In this document: piece by piece, positions 29,277 to 37,391 of the stretch
Position numbering within the stretch: position 1 is the stretch's first letter
Layout: each line of letters starts with the position of its first letter
From: an uncultured Dehalococcoidales bacterium
GTDB lineage: Bacteria > Chloroflexota > Dehalococcoidia > GIF9 > UBA5629
Direction of reading: 5' to 3'
DNA length: 49,904 nucleotides
Assembly: GCA_964509615.1 (NCBI GenBank)
Contig: CAZDXZ010000002.1
Span: 1 to 49,904 of the forward strand
Notes under the pieces: generated by a model
The model's database searches: none
Told to the model about the DNA's origin: nothing
The model's input: the letters and a program-made list of their open reading frames with translations, nothing else
Program-made: the position numbers and the translations under genes

Positions 29277-31199
29277 ATGAAAAGGATGCTATTATCGTTG
29301 CCGATAGCCCTGCTGATATTATCTGCTGTTTTCCTGACATACAACGTCAGTGCAGACAGTCACTCATTTAGCGACGTAGTGGTTAGCATCGATAATCCGG
29401 TGCATGCCGGACTGTCCGTAGTTAAAACGCCTTCCATTGCAGAGGATGATGCCTCGGACCTACCGGAGGGCCTGACGCTGACCAAAGGGGTTCCTTTTAT
29501 CTCACCGGTCGAGGTTGAACAGGGCAAAATCGTCACGATAAAAGTCAAGGCAACCAATGATAGTCCGTTCAATATAACCTATCCCCTGGCGGTCAAGATA
29601 AACGGTACTGCGGTTGGCACCGCCAAGCAACTGTCGCTGGGACCGGCCCTGAGCGAGGATGTTGTATTCACGGTCACCGCCCAGACTGCGGGCAACAATG
29701 ATGTCAAGGTGGGCAACCTTCAGGGTTTCTTCACGGTCAAGGGCGGCTCATTTCTGGATATGTTCCCCTGGTACCTCTGGGCATTTTTCGGCATCGTACT
29801 GGGTGTGATCATCCTTCTTATTGTTATGGTAGTGCTTAAACCTTCCCGCAAAGGCAAGGCGGGCGTACAGGCGGGTCCCGGTCAGAAACAGGTGAAAGGC
29901 AAAGGCAAGGCTGGCCAACGCGGTGCGCCCGAAGCATTCCCATTCCCCGGCCAGATGCAGAGGCCCGGTATGCCTGGCATGCAGGGTATGCCTAGTATGC
30001 AGGGTATGCCTGAAGGTATGCAGATGGGTATGCAGGGACCGGGCCAACCAGGAGCACCCTTCGATATGTCCGCACCCGGCATGCCGCTGGGAGGCCAGCA
30101 GCCGGGCCAACCCCTCCCTGCCATGGGCATGCAATCGCCGTTCCAGTCTCAACCTGGGATGCAGCAACCTCTGACACAGCCGGGTATGGGACCTTCATCT
30201 GCTCCGGGAATGCATCCGCCATCTATGCAGGGGCCGCAATTCCCTCAGGGGCCTTATATGCAACAGGTCGGACAACAGATTCCGGGACAGCCGGGGCAGA
30301 GTATGCATGCGGGTATGCAGCCGCAGCCGGGACCCGGGATGCCTCCTGGTATGCCTCCTCAGCCGGGGCACGGAATGCCTCCGGTTATGCCTCCACAGCC
30401 TGGCCATGGAATGCCACCCCCGATCTCAGGGGCTCCGATCGGGCAGCCCGGTATGCCTTTCGGGCAACAACCGCCCGCACCGCCTTCACCTCACATTACT
30501 CCCCAGCCCGGTCCCGGAATGCCGCAAGTGCCGCATGCGATAGGTCAACCACCTATGCCGGCCATGGGTCCTCAGGTAATGTATCCTCCCATGCAGCATG
30601 GAGCACAGGCAGCGCCTTTCCAGCAAATGGGCATGCCCAAGTTCGCGGTCAGCAATCTCACCATCACACCTACCCACGTTAAAGTCGGCGAGCCGGTGAA
30701 TGTCAGCATAATAGTTTCCAACAACGGAGCCCAGATGGGTAAATACAGTGTTGTGCTGCGCATCGGCGGCGTCGTGGAGAATATCACCGATATGTCACTT
30801 ACACCCGGGGCCAGCCAGACAGCCGGATTCGTTGTCGTCAAGGATGCGCCGGGCGATTACTACGCCGACGTTGATGGATTGGGAGGATTCTTCACAGTTA
30901 TTCCGCTGGCTCCCCCTTCATTCACCGTGAGCAATTTCTCCATCTCACCCGAACGGGTGCGCCAGGGTCAGCCCGTTATAATAACCGCATCGGTCATAAA
31001 TACAGGTGAAATAACAGGCAGTCATCCACTGATACTGCGTATAAAGGGTATAGCCGAAGCTCAACACGACGTGACGCTGGCCCCCGGCAAGACACAGGAT
31101 GTGGAATTCCAGATAGTCAAGGACACTCCGGGCTTCTATCCGGTATCAATGGAAAACTGGACAGGCAAGTTCGTAGTTGAGATGGATTGGACCGGTTAA
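29277..31199 (+). CDS. CARDB-domain membrane protein with internal Met/Pro/Gly/Gln-rich low-complexity region
   Basis: Signal peptide MKRMLLSLPIALLILSAVFLTYNVSA|DS. One CARDB-like Ig domain, a TM helix (WYLWAFFGIVLGVIILLIVMVVL), a Lys-rich patch, a roughly 230-aa PGMQ tract, then two CARDB-like domains (FAVSNLTITP..VGEPVNVSIIVSNNG; FTVSNFSISP..QGQPVIITASVINTG). Confidence 0.75.
   Translation: MKRMLLSLPIALLILSAVFLTYNVSADSHSFSDVVVSIDNPVHAGLSVVKTPSIAEDDASDLPEGLTLTKGVPFISPVEVEQGKIVTIKVKATNDSPFNITYPLAVKINGTAVGTAKQLSLGPALSEDVVFTVTAQTAGNNDVKVGNLQGFFTVKGGSFLDMFPWYLWAFFGIVLGVIILLIVMVVLKPSRKGKAGVQAGPGQKQVKGKGKAGQRGAPEAFPFPGQMQRPGMPGMQGMPSMQGMPEGMQMGMQGPGQPGAPFDMSAPGMPLGGQQPGQPLPAMGMQSPFQSQPGMQQPLTQPGMGPSSAPGMHPPSMQGPQFPQGPYMQQVGQQIPGQPGQSMHAGMQPQPGPGMPPGMPPQPGHGMPPVMPPQPGHGMPPPISGAPIGQPGMPFGQQPPAPPSPHITPQPGPGMPQVPHAIGQPPMPAMGPQVMYPPMQHGAQAAPFQQMGMPKFAVSNLTITPTHVKVGEPVNVSIIVSNNGAQMGKYSVVLRIGGVVENITDMSLTPGASQTAGFVVVKDAPGDYYADVDGLGGFFTVIPLAPPSFTVSNFSISPERVRQGQPVIITASVINTGEITGSHPLILRIKGIAEAQHDVTLAPGKTQDVEFQIVKDTPGFYPVSMENWTGKFVVEMDWTG
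29950..30640 (+). repeat. degenerate in-frame low-complexity repeats encoding (P/G)-M-(Q/P)-G-type units
   Basis: DNA shows reiterated ggtatgcc / atgcagggtatgcc units. The peptide reads GMPGMQGMPSMQGMPEGMQMGMQG ... PGMPPQPGHGMPPVMPPQPGHGMPP. The many alternate-frame ORFs here are artefacts of the repeats. Confidence 0.85.
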
Positions 31200-31687
31200 T
31201 CCGGTTTGAAATCAGTCCCCGGATCTACTTTAACCAGCCGGCTCATATCATCGAGATAATCGATATACAGAACGCCGTTGAGGTGGTCCACCTCATGCTG
31301 TATGGCCTGCGCAAGAAGCTCTGATGCTTTTCGGCGTATCAATTTGCCGTTGCGCCCCTTTGCTTTAACCTTGACGGTCTCCGCCCTGCAGATTTCGGCC
31401 TGATATCCCGGTATGCTCAGGCATCCTTCCACAACCGTACGCTCTCCTTCAGTCTCTACAACCTCAGGATTGATCAATACCAGCAGGTCTTCATCCGGTA
31501 CATGAATGACTACGATGCGCAGGGGCACACCCACCTGATTGGCAGCCAGGCCGACACCGGATGATTCGTGCAGCGTGTCAATCATATTGTCAATCAGCTT
31601 GCGCACCGAATCATCAATATTCGTGACCTTCACAGCCTTCTTGCGTAGCACAGGGTCTGGATTGGTGCGAATCTTTAGAACAGCCAT
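31196..31687 (-). CDS. def: peptide deformylase
   Basis: GVGLAANQVG, EGCLSIPG and QHEVDHLNG motifs. Confidence 0.95.
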   Translation of the reverse strand: MAVLKIRTNPDPVLRKKAVKVTNIDDSVRKLIDNMIDTLHESSGVGLAANQVGVPLRIVVIHVPDEDLLVLINPEVVETEGERTVVEGCLSIPGYQAEICRAETVKVKAKGRNGKLIRRKASELLAQAIQHEVDHLNGVLYIDYLDDMSRLVKVDPGTDFKPD

Positions 31688-31696
31688 AATGAATTA

Positions 31697-33925
31697 TTAA
31701 AGCATACCGACAGGGTCAACGTCCAAAATCCATCCTTCCGGCAGATCGAAGTCCCTCAACAGGCTGTGCAATTCGCCCCCTAATAAGATGATCTGCGTCT
31801 GGAATTTACCCCTCAGTTTCATTATATATGCCGGGGCCGGGCCGATTATTTTGATATCGCTCAGCCCTTTTTCAGCAATCCTCTGGCTGACCAGGACGGC
31901 CCTGCGCTCCGCCTCTGCAAAGCATTTGCGCTCGTCTGAGTGGCTGAAAACCATCCTTGCCATGCTGTTGAAGGGCGGATAACCGAACTCACGCCTGTAA
32001 CGGATTTCACTGTTATAGAAACCGTCATAATCATGCCTTGCTGCGAACTTAACTGCATAGTAGTCCGGATTGTACGTCTGGACTATGGCCCTGCCCCTGT
32101 ATATGCCGCGCCCGGCCCGACCCTCCACCTGGCACAGCAGCTGAAAAGTCCTTTCGCCCGACCTGAAATCAGGCAGGTTGAGGTTAGTATCGGCGCTCAC
32201 GATTCCTACCAGTGAAACTCCCGGAAAATCCAGCCCTTTAGCCAGCATCTGCGTACCGACCAGTATATCTATGTGCCGGCTCCGAAACGAGTCCACCACT
32301 GTCCGAAAAGTCGAAGCATCTGTGATAGCATCGCTGTCAAAGCGAATCACGTCGGCTTTGGGAAAAAGTTTCCGACATTCGGCTTCAACGGATTCGGTAC
32401 CGATTCCAAAGTATTTTATCTCCCGTCCGGAGCACTGCGGACATCTGCGGGGAAGAGGATAGGATCGGCGGCAGCGGTGACAGATAAGGCGTTTCTCGCT
32501 GTAATGATAGGTCAGTGCACCGGAACAACGCCTGCAGCTCATCACGTGCCCGCAATCCCGGCACGCAATGAAAGTAGCCTTTCCCCGGCGATTGATGAAC
32601 AGGATTATCTGCTCTCCCCGGTCCAGCGATTCCGTCATGGCCGACCGGAGGGCGCGGCAGAAAATGCTACGGTTGCCGCTTTTAAGTTCACGCCTCATAT
32701 CGATTATATCAACCTCGGGCAGGGGCGACTGGCCGAGAGGCGTAACCCGCTCCGTCAGCTCGATAAGTTGAAATTCAGATCTCGTTGCGCGATAGTAGGT
32801 CTCCACATCGGGCGTGGCGCTGCCCATAATGAGAACGGAATTGGTCAGGCGCGCCAGCTGAACAGCAACCTCACGTGCATGATAGCGCGGCGATTTCTCG
32901 GATTGCTTATAAGCCCATTCATGCTCTTCGTCCACAATTATCAGACCCAGGTTTGGTTGCGGAGCGAATACAGCGCTGCGCGGTCCTATCACGATGTCGA
33001 AATCACCGCGGGCAATACGGCGCCACTCATCATGCAATTCCCCTGCCGTGAGCGCGCTGTGCAAAACAGCGACCCTGCCCGGAAACCTGGAGAAGAAACG
33101 ATCGATCACCTGGGGCGTCAAGGATATCTCGGGCACCAGGCAGATGCCCTTTTTCCCCATTTTGACCGTCTCGGCCAGGGCCTGGAGGTATATCTCGGTC
33201 TTGCCGCTTCCCGTCACACCATGCAATAAAAATATGGAGGATGCAGACCTGCCGCCATTAGCCTGGATAGCATCCCTGATGGGACCCCATGCCGACTGCT
33301 GTCCATCCGTAAACTGCAGAGGAAATTCAAGGGGATGATCGGTCCTGGCGATAGGATCACGGAACACCTCCTCACCGATCTCACTTATCAATTGTCGGGA
33401 CAACAAAGCTGTGATGACCTGCCGACCGCATCCTGCCTTCTTTAAAGCCTGGCCTGTTCCCATTTTCCCCCCTGCAGCCTGCAACACTTCCAGAACTTTT
33501 AATTGCCTGAAAGCGCGTGCTTTTTTCAGTTGTTCCAGGATAGAGGGGAGCTCTTCATCATCAATGGCCAGCATGAGGGACTTCTGAAGCTTGTGTCCGG
33601 GCTGTCTCTTGCTGTTGAATCCCGGGGGAAGCATCAGCGCCAATGCGCTGAACACGGGGGCTATGTAGTAGTCGGCAATCCAGGCGGCCAGGTCGATTCG
33701 CCGGGGGCTGATCAAAGGTCCGGGTGAGACGACGCCGGCAATATCTCTTGTCTGGGTAACTGTGGACGTCTCGGACAAAGTGGTAACTATGCCGCGCACG
33801 ACCCTCGGCCCGAACGGTACAAGTACCGCACAGCCGGGCTCAATTTGAAGAGCTGGGGGAATGGAATAGGTGAAAGTATGTCGGTGGCCGCCGGCCGCAC
33901 CCACGGCTACCTCAGCAAATCGCAT
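31697..33925 (-). CDS. priA: primosomal replication-restart helicase PriA
   Basis: Walker A GVTGSGKTEIY, DEEH box (IIVDEEHE), Cys-rich zinc insert CRDCGHVMSCRRCSG...CHRCR...CPQCSG. Confidence 0.9.
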   Translation of the reverse strand: MRFAEVAVGAAGGHRHTFTYSIPPALQIEPGCAVLVPFGPRVVRGIVTTLSETSTVTQTRDIAGVVSPGPLISPRRIDLAAWIADYYIAPVFSALALMLPPGFNSKRQPGHKLQKSLMLAIDDEELPSILEQLKKARAFRQLKVLEVLQAAGGKMGTGQALKKAGCGRQVITALLSRQLISEIGEEVFRDPIARTDHPLEFPLQFTDGQQSAWGPIRDAIQANGGRSASSIFLLHGVTGSGKTEIYLQALAETVKMGKKGICLVPEISLTPQVIDRFFSRFPGRVAVLHSALTAGELHDEWRRIARGDFDIVIGPRSAVFAPQPNLGLIIVDEEHEWAYKQSEKSPRYHAREVAVQLARLTNSVLIMGSATPDVETYYRATRSEFQLIELTERVTPLGQSPLPEVDIIDMRRELKSGNRSIFCRALRSAMTESLDRGEQIILFINRRGKATFIACRDCGHVMSCRRCSGALTYHYSEKRLICHRCRRSYPLPRRCPQCSGREIKYFGIGTESVEAECRKLFPKADVIRFDSDAITDASTFRTVVDSFRSRHIDILVGTQMLAKGLDFPGVSLVGIVSADTNLNLPDFRSGERTFQLLCQVEGRAGRGIYRGRAIVQTYNPDYYAVKFAARHDYDGFYNSEIRYRREFGYPPFNSMARMVFSHSDERKCFAEAERRAVLVSQRIAEKGLSDIKIIGPAPAYIMKLRGKFQTQIILLGGELHSLLRDFDLPEGWILDVDPVGML

Positions 33926-33930
33926 CCACC

Positions 33931-34356
33931 TTATTCGGCTTCGCTTACGGGAGCCTCAGGCTCGGGGGCAGTCAACATATCCTCAACCGGGGCCGGCGAG
34001 GTCGCCTCGGCGATCCTCTCTCGCCTTTCCTTGAGCCTGGCTTCCTTGGTGCTGAGCCGCCTGATATAGTAGAGCTTGCTGCGCCTGACCTTTCCATGGC
34101 GCACGACCTCTATTTTTTCCAGGAGGGGAGAGGCCAACGGGAAGGTATGTTCAACTCCTATGCCCGATGTCACCCTGCGGACCGTGAAATTACCTCCGGA
34201 ATTGTGTCGGGTAACTTTAATGATCAGCCCGGGGAAAGTCTGCAGCCGCTCGCGGCTGGCCTCTTTGACTTTAAAGCTCACACGAACGTTATCGCCGGGT
34301 GAAAGCTTGGGCAATCCCGGCTTGACTTTATTCTTTCCTATAGTATTGATATCCAT
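33931..34356 (-). CDS. rplS: 50S ribosomal protein L19 (with Pro/Glu/Ala-rich C-terminal tail)
   Basis: FKVKEASRERLQTFPGLIIKV, FTVRRV..GIGVEHTFPL, RRSKLYYIR. Confidence 0.9.
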   Translation of the reverse strand: MDINTIGKNKVKPGLPKLSPGDNVRVSFKVKEASRERLQTFPGLIIKVTRHNSGGNFTVRRVTSGIGVEHTFPLASPLLEKIEVVRHGKVRRSKLYYIRRLSTKEARLKERRERIAEATSPAPVEDMLTAPEPEAPVSEAE

Positions 34357-34386
34357 GATCGATTCCTTTCCTTATATTTAGTACCA

Positions 34387-35130
34387 TCAATTATTATTCA
34401 AATCCGTTGATTTTACCAGATTCACCTCGATATCTGTCAATTTCGCCTTGCCCAAAAGGTCGGGGCGTCTTTGGGCGGTGCGCAGGATGCTTTGCCTTCT
34501 GCGCCAGGCGGATATCTCCTTGTGATTACCGGAAAGCAGCACATCCGGGACCTTCCAACCCCTGAAGTCTGACGGCCTTGTGTACTGTGGGTATTCCAGC
34601 AAACCGTCCACATGCGATTCTTCCACCAGGGATATATCCGACCCTATGGCTCCCGGCACCAGCCTGACCAGGCAATCGGTCACAACCATGGCAGCCGGTT
34701 CACCCCCGCTGAGCAAATAGTCCCCGATGCTTATTTCGTCGGTGACGAGGTGTTCGGCCACCCTTTCATCCACGCCCTCGTAGTGCCCGCATATCATTAT
34801 TATATTGTTGCCAGCGGCATATCTGACTGCCATCTCCTGCCTGAACAGCTTGCCCTGAGGTGTAAGCAGTATAACCGGGTAGTCTGCTTCCCCTATATCG
34901 CTGCGCAGATGTTCCACAGCCTCAAACAGTGGCTCCGGCTTCATCACCATGCCAGCGCCGCCTCCGTAGCAGTAATCATCCACCGTATGATGCCTGTCAT
35001 GAGTGAAAGACCTTATATCATGGAGGCGGATATCGACAAGCTGCCTTTCCAGCGCGCGGCCGATAATGCTGTGCGACAGATAGCCCGAAAAGGCTTCGGG
35101 GAAAAGCGTCAATATATCGATTCTTAACAT
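34387..35130 (-). CDS. trmD: tRNA (guanine37-N1)-methyltransferase
   Basis: MLRIDILTLFPE, DDYCYGGGAGMV, ICGHYEGVDERV, SIGDYLLSGGE motifs. Confidence 0.95.
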   Translation of the reverse strand: MLRIDILTLFPEAFSGYLSHSIIGRALERQLVDIRLHDIRSFTHDRHHTVDDYCYGGGAGMVMKPEPLFEAVEHLRSDIGEADYPVILLTPQGKLFRQEMAVRYAAGNNIIMICGHYEGVDERVAEHLVTDEISIGDYLLSGGEPAAMVVTDCLVRLVPGAIGSDISLVEESHVDGLLEYPQYTRPSDFRGWKVPDVLLSGNHKEISAWRRRQSILRTAQRRPDLLGKAKLTDIEVNLVKSTDLNNN

Positions 35131-35245
35131 TTATATAGGGACCTGCCATGTGAAAAGGTAGGTAATTCTACCATAACTCACTCGTGCCACCAAACCTGCG
35201 GACAAGCTGAACATCCTGTACGAATAATAGAACACATGATCTAAT

Positions 35246-35294
35246 AAACTATATGTTGTGTGGTCAGGTTTCCCATCGCCACAATTTGTGTATT
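35246..35294. promoter_or_regulatory. NrdR-box-like pair in the trmD / wHTH-mraZ divergent intergenic region
   Basis: ACTATATGTTGTGT (35248-35261) is identical to the 14-mer in the nrdR upstream box (39851-39864). It is followed 17 nt later by CCACAATTTGTG (palindrome CACAA-T-TTGTG), which parallels CCACATATTGT at 39880. Confidence 0.5.
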
Positions 35295-35364
35295 TTCCCC
35301 TGATAACCCACAGACCGTCCTGTAAAACCGGGCCATTTTTTAAAAACTTTTCCCTGAAAAACTA

Positions 35365-35428
35365 TTGACAAGTGGGGTAAAAAGTGTCAATAATGGGACA
35401 TAGTGGTAAAAAGTGGTAAAAAAGGGGA
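35365..35428 (+). promoter_or_regulatory. promoter plus phased MraZ-type direct-repeat operator
   Basis: TTGACA 35365-35370 and an ATAAT-like -10 near 35389-35394. GTGG(G/T)/TGGGA motifs sit at 35372, 35384, 35394, 35403 and 35413 in A-rich spacers with roughly 10-nt phase. GGTAAAAAGTG occurs twice exactly (35376, 35405). Confidence 0.55.
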
Positions 35429-35434
35429 AATGAT

Positions 35435-35800
35435 ATGGTAATGAACAGTCAATGTGCGAGCATGACGGACCAAGATCTGATCTCTTTTTTAAAGGAAAAT
35501 GATTTCACGGGTCACCGCCTGCGCCTGCTTCTCTTCTGGGGCAGGCATCCTCAGGCCAAGTTCAACCTTGACTGCATTGCCCATGTGCTCGATATCACAC
35601 ATCACCATCTTCACGAGATGCTGAGAGAGCTGATCGAAAAAGGGATGGTGGAGGAAAAATACTGCTCCAGCGGCATCGCACACTACTCGTTAAACCCCGA
35701 ACACGAACTGAGCGATTACGTTCAGGAACTGGCAATGATGGACTGGAGCGCCATTAGAAATCTTGAAGGAGAAGTTGAGAGGTCAGCTCTCCTGGTATAA
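35435..35800 (+). CDS. small winged-helix (MarR/ArsR-like) DNA-binding protein candidate, first gene of the division cluster
   Basis: 121 aa ORF with an AGGGG RBS 7 nt upstream. Helical pattern LRLLLFWGRHP..FNLDCIAHVLDITHHHLHEMLRELIEKGMVEE..YSLN is consistent with a wHTH. Assignment is from pattern only. Confidence 0.55.
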   Translation: MVMNSQCASMTDQDLISFLKENDFTGHRLRLLLFWGRHPQAKFNLDCIAHVLDITHHHLHEMLRELIEKGMVEEKYCSSGIAHYSLNPEHELSDYVQELAMMDWSAIRNLEGEVERSALLV

Positions 35801-35824
35801 CCGGGTCAACAGGATTAGAAAGTA

Positions 35825-36253
35825 ATGTTTGTTGGCGAATACGAATATAAGGTTGATAACAAGGGACGTCTTCCCCTGCCCCCCAGGTTCCGCAGGGAAA
35901 TAGAAGACGGCCTTGTCCTGACCATGGTGGCTGATAACTGCATCACAGCCTATACCAAGGCCGATTGGAACAAGATGACCGCCAATCAGGCCCCGGCCAG
36001 TTTCCTTGTTTCCGATAAGGAGAGAAGGATCAACCGCTTCATTTTCAGCAACGCCAACGAGGTCAACATCGACAACCAGGGAAGGATAGCCCTACCCTCC
36101 ACACTGCGTGAGAGGTGCTCAATATCGGACACCGCTGTTGTGCTGGGAACCAACAACTGTTTTGAGATCTGGAATACCGCCCAGTGGCAAAAAGAACGCC
36201 CGTCCGCTGACGATGCGCGCCAGTTGATGGAGATCCTGGAGGAAAGGAAATGA
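35825..36253 (+). CDS. mraZ: division/cell wall cluster transcriptional regulator MraZ
   Basis: Two SpoVT/AbrB-type repeats carrying VDNKGRLPLP and IDNQGRIALP (DxxxR motifs). Confidence 0.95.
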   Translation: MFVGEYEYKVDNKGRLPLPPRFRREIEDGLVLTMVADNCITAYTKADWNKMTANQAPASFLVSDKERRINRFIFSNANEVNIDNQGRIALPSTLRERCSISDTAVVLGTNNCFEIWNTAQWQKERPSADDARQLMEILEERK

Positions 36254-37185
36254 GCATCGCATTAGCAAGCAGGGTACATACTCCTGTTCTCGCGGACGAG
36301 GTTGTTGAGGCGCTGGATGTCGAGCCGGACAAGCGATACATCGACTGTACCCTGGGTGGCGGCGGCCACGCCCTTGCTATCCTCTCCGGATGCCAGCCCG
36401 GAGGCCAGTTACTCGGTATAGACGCCGATCCTGAAGCAATCAACCTGGCCCAGCACAACCTGTACGACTTCTTTGAAAGCTCCATCATCATCAACGATAA
36501 CTTTTACAATCTTGAAAACATCTGCCGCGAAACCGGCTTTTTAGCCGCCGACGGCATACTCTTCGACCTCGGACTATCATCGCTTCAGCTCGCCAGTGCA
36601 GAGCGCGGCTTCAGCTTCCAGCTGAACGGCCCGCTTGATATGAGGTTCAACCCGGACGAGCATCTCACCGCCGCCGACATAGTCAACAAGTTGCCCGAAG
36701 CCAAACTGGCCCAGTTGATTCTGATCTACGGCGAAGAGCCCATGGCTAACAGGATTGCCAAAAACATCGTTGATCACAGGCCGATCTCAGATACTGCGGA
36801 CCTGGCCACTACAGTCTCAGATGCGATAGGTGACCGCTTAAGTAAGATACATCCCGCCACCAGGACCTTCCAGGCCCTGCGCATAGCGGTGAACCGGGAA
36901 CTCGACCATCTGACCACGGCTCTTGACCAGAGCCTCAATTGTCTGGAAAAAGGCGGCAGGCTGGCCGTTATCAGCTATCACTCACTGGAAGACCGCATCG
37001 TCAAGAACTTCATGCTGCGCGAGACCAGGGGCTGCATCTGCCCGCCCACTGTACCTCAGTGCCGCTGCCAGCATAAACCCACTCTGGCGCTCGCCAGCAG
37101 ACATCCCATATATCCCAGCGATGAGGAGATCGAAAGAAATCCGCGCAGCCGGAGCGCAAAACTCCGCGTGGCGGTTAAGCTATAA
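36250..37185 (+). CDS. rsmH: 16S rRNA (cytosine1402-N4)-methyltransferase
   Basis: HTPVL, DCTLGGGGHA, GILFDLGLSSLQL, ISYHSLEDRIVK motifs. The ATG overlaps the mraZ stop. Confidence 0.95.
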   Translation: MSIALASRVHTPVLADEVVEALDVEPDKRYIDCTLGGGGHALAILSGCQPGGQLLGIDADPEAINLAQHNLYDFFESSIIINDNFYNLENICRETGFLAADGILFDLGLSSLQLASAERGFSFQLNGPLDMRFNPDEHLTAADIVNKLPEAKLAQLILIYGEEPMANRIAKNIVDHRPISDTADLATTVSDAIGDRLSKIHPATRTFQALRIAVNRELDHLTTALDQSLNCLEKGGRLAVISYHSLEDRIVKNFMLRETRGCICPPTVPQCRCQHKPTLALASRHPIYPSDEEIERNPRSRSAKLRVAVKL

Positions 37186-37208
37186 AAAAAGCACAGGAGG
37201 CAAAGAAA

Positions 37209-37343
37209 ATGATCGGAGCAAAAAGACTGAATTCCATCCTGAACAACGACCGAAAACTTCTAACCATTTTCGGGGGTATGGTCTTCGATGGCGTCGTTTT
37301 CATCAGCCTTGTAATAGCAATCGCCATCCTCTACTTCATGTAG
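37209..37343 (+). CDS. predicted 44-aa single-pass membrane peptide at the FtsL position (below the ORF-track cutoff)
   Basis: My translation: MIGAKRLNSILNNDRKLLTIFGGMVFDGVVFISLVIAIAILYFM. AGGAGG (37195-37200) lies 8 nt upstream of the ATG. It sits between rsmH and ftsA, where ftsL normally lies. Confidence 0.4.
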   Translation: MIGAKRLNSILNNDRKLLTIFGGMVFDGVVFISLVIAIAILYFM

Positions 37344-37391
37344 GAATCGTTCGACTATAAGTAAACATTAAATCATAGGAGGCTTGGATTA

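Noticed and set aside
29748-30677. Cluster of alternate-frame and antisense ORFs (for example 29748..30167 -, 29923..30174 +, 30307..30543 +) rich in His, Arg and Cys
   Set aside because: All of them fall inside the PGMQ repeat of the CARDB gene. Repetitive ggtatgcc-type DNA keeps several frames open. Only the frame with the signal peptide and CARDB domains is coherent.
32273-33229. 318-aa plus-strand ORF
   Set aside because: It is antisense to priA (Walker A, DEEH and zinc-finger motifs all lie on the minus strand). There is no independent support.
36923-37360. 145-aa plus-strand ORF overlapping the 3' end of rsmH
   Set aside because: It is an alternate frame of rsmH with an Arg/Ser/Ala-rich translation. 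The region downstream of rsmH is better explained by the 44-aa RBS-preceded TM ORF.
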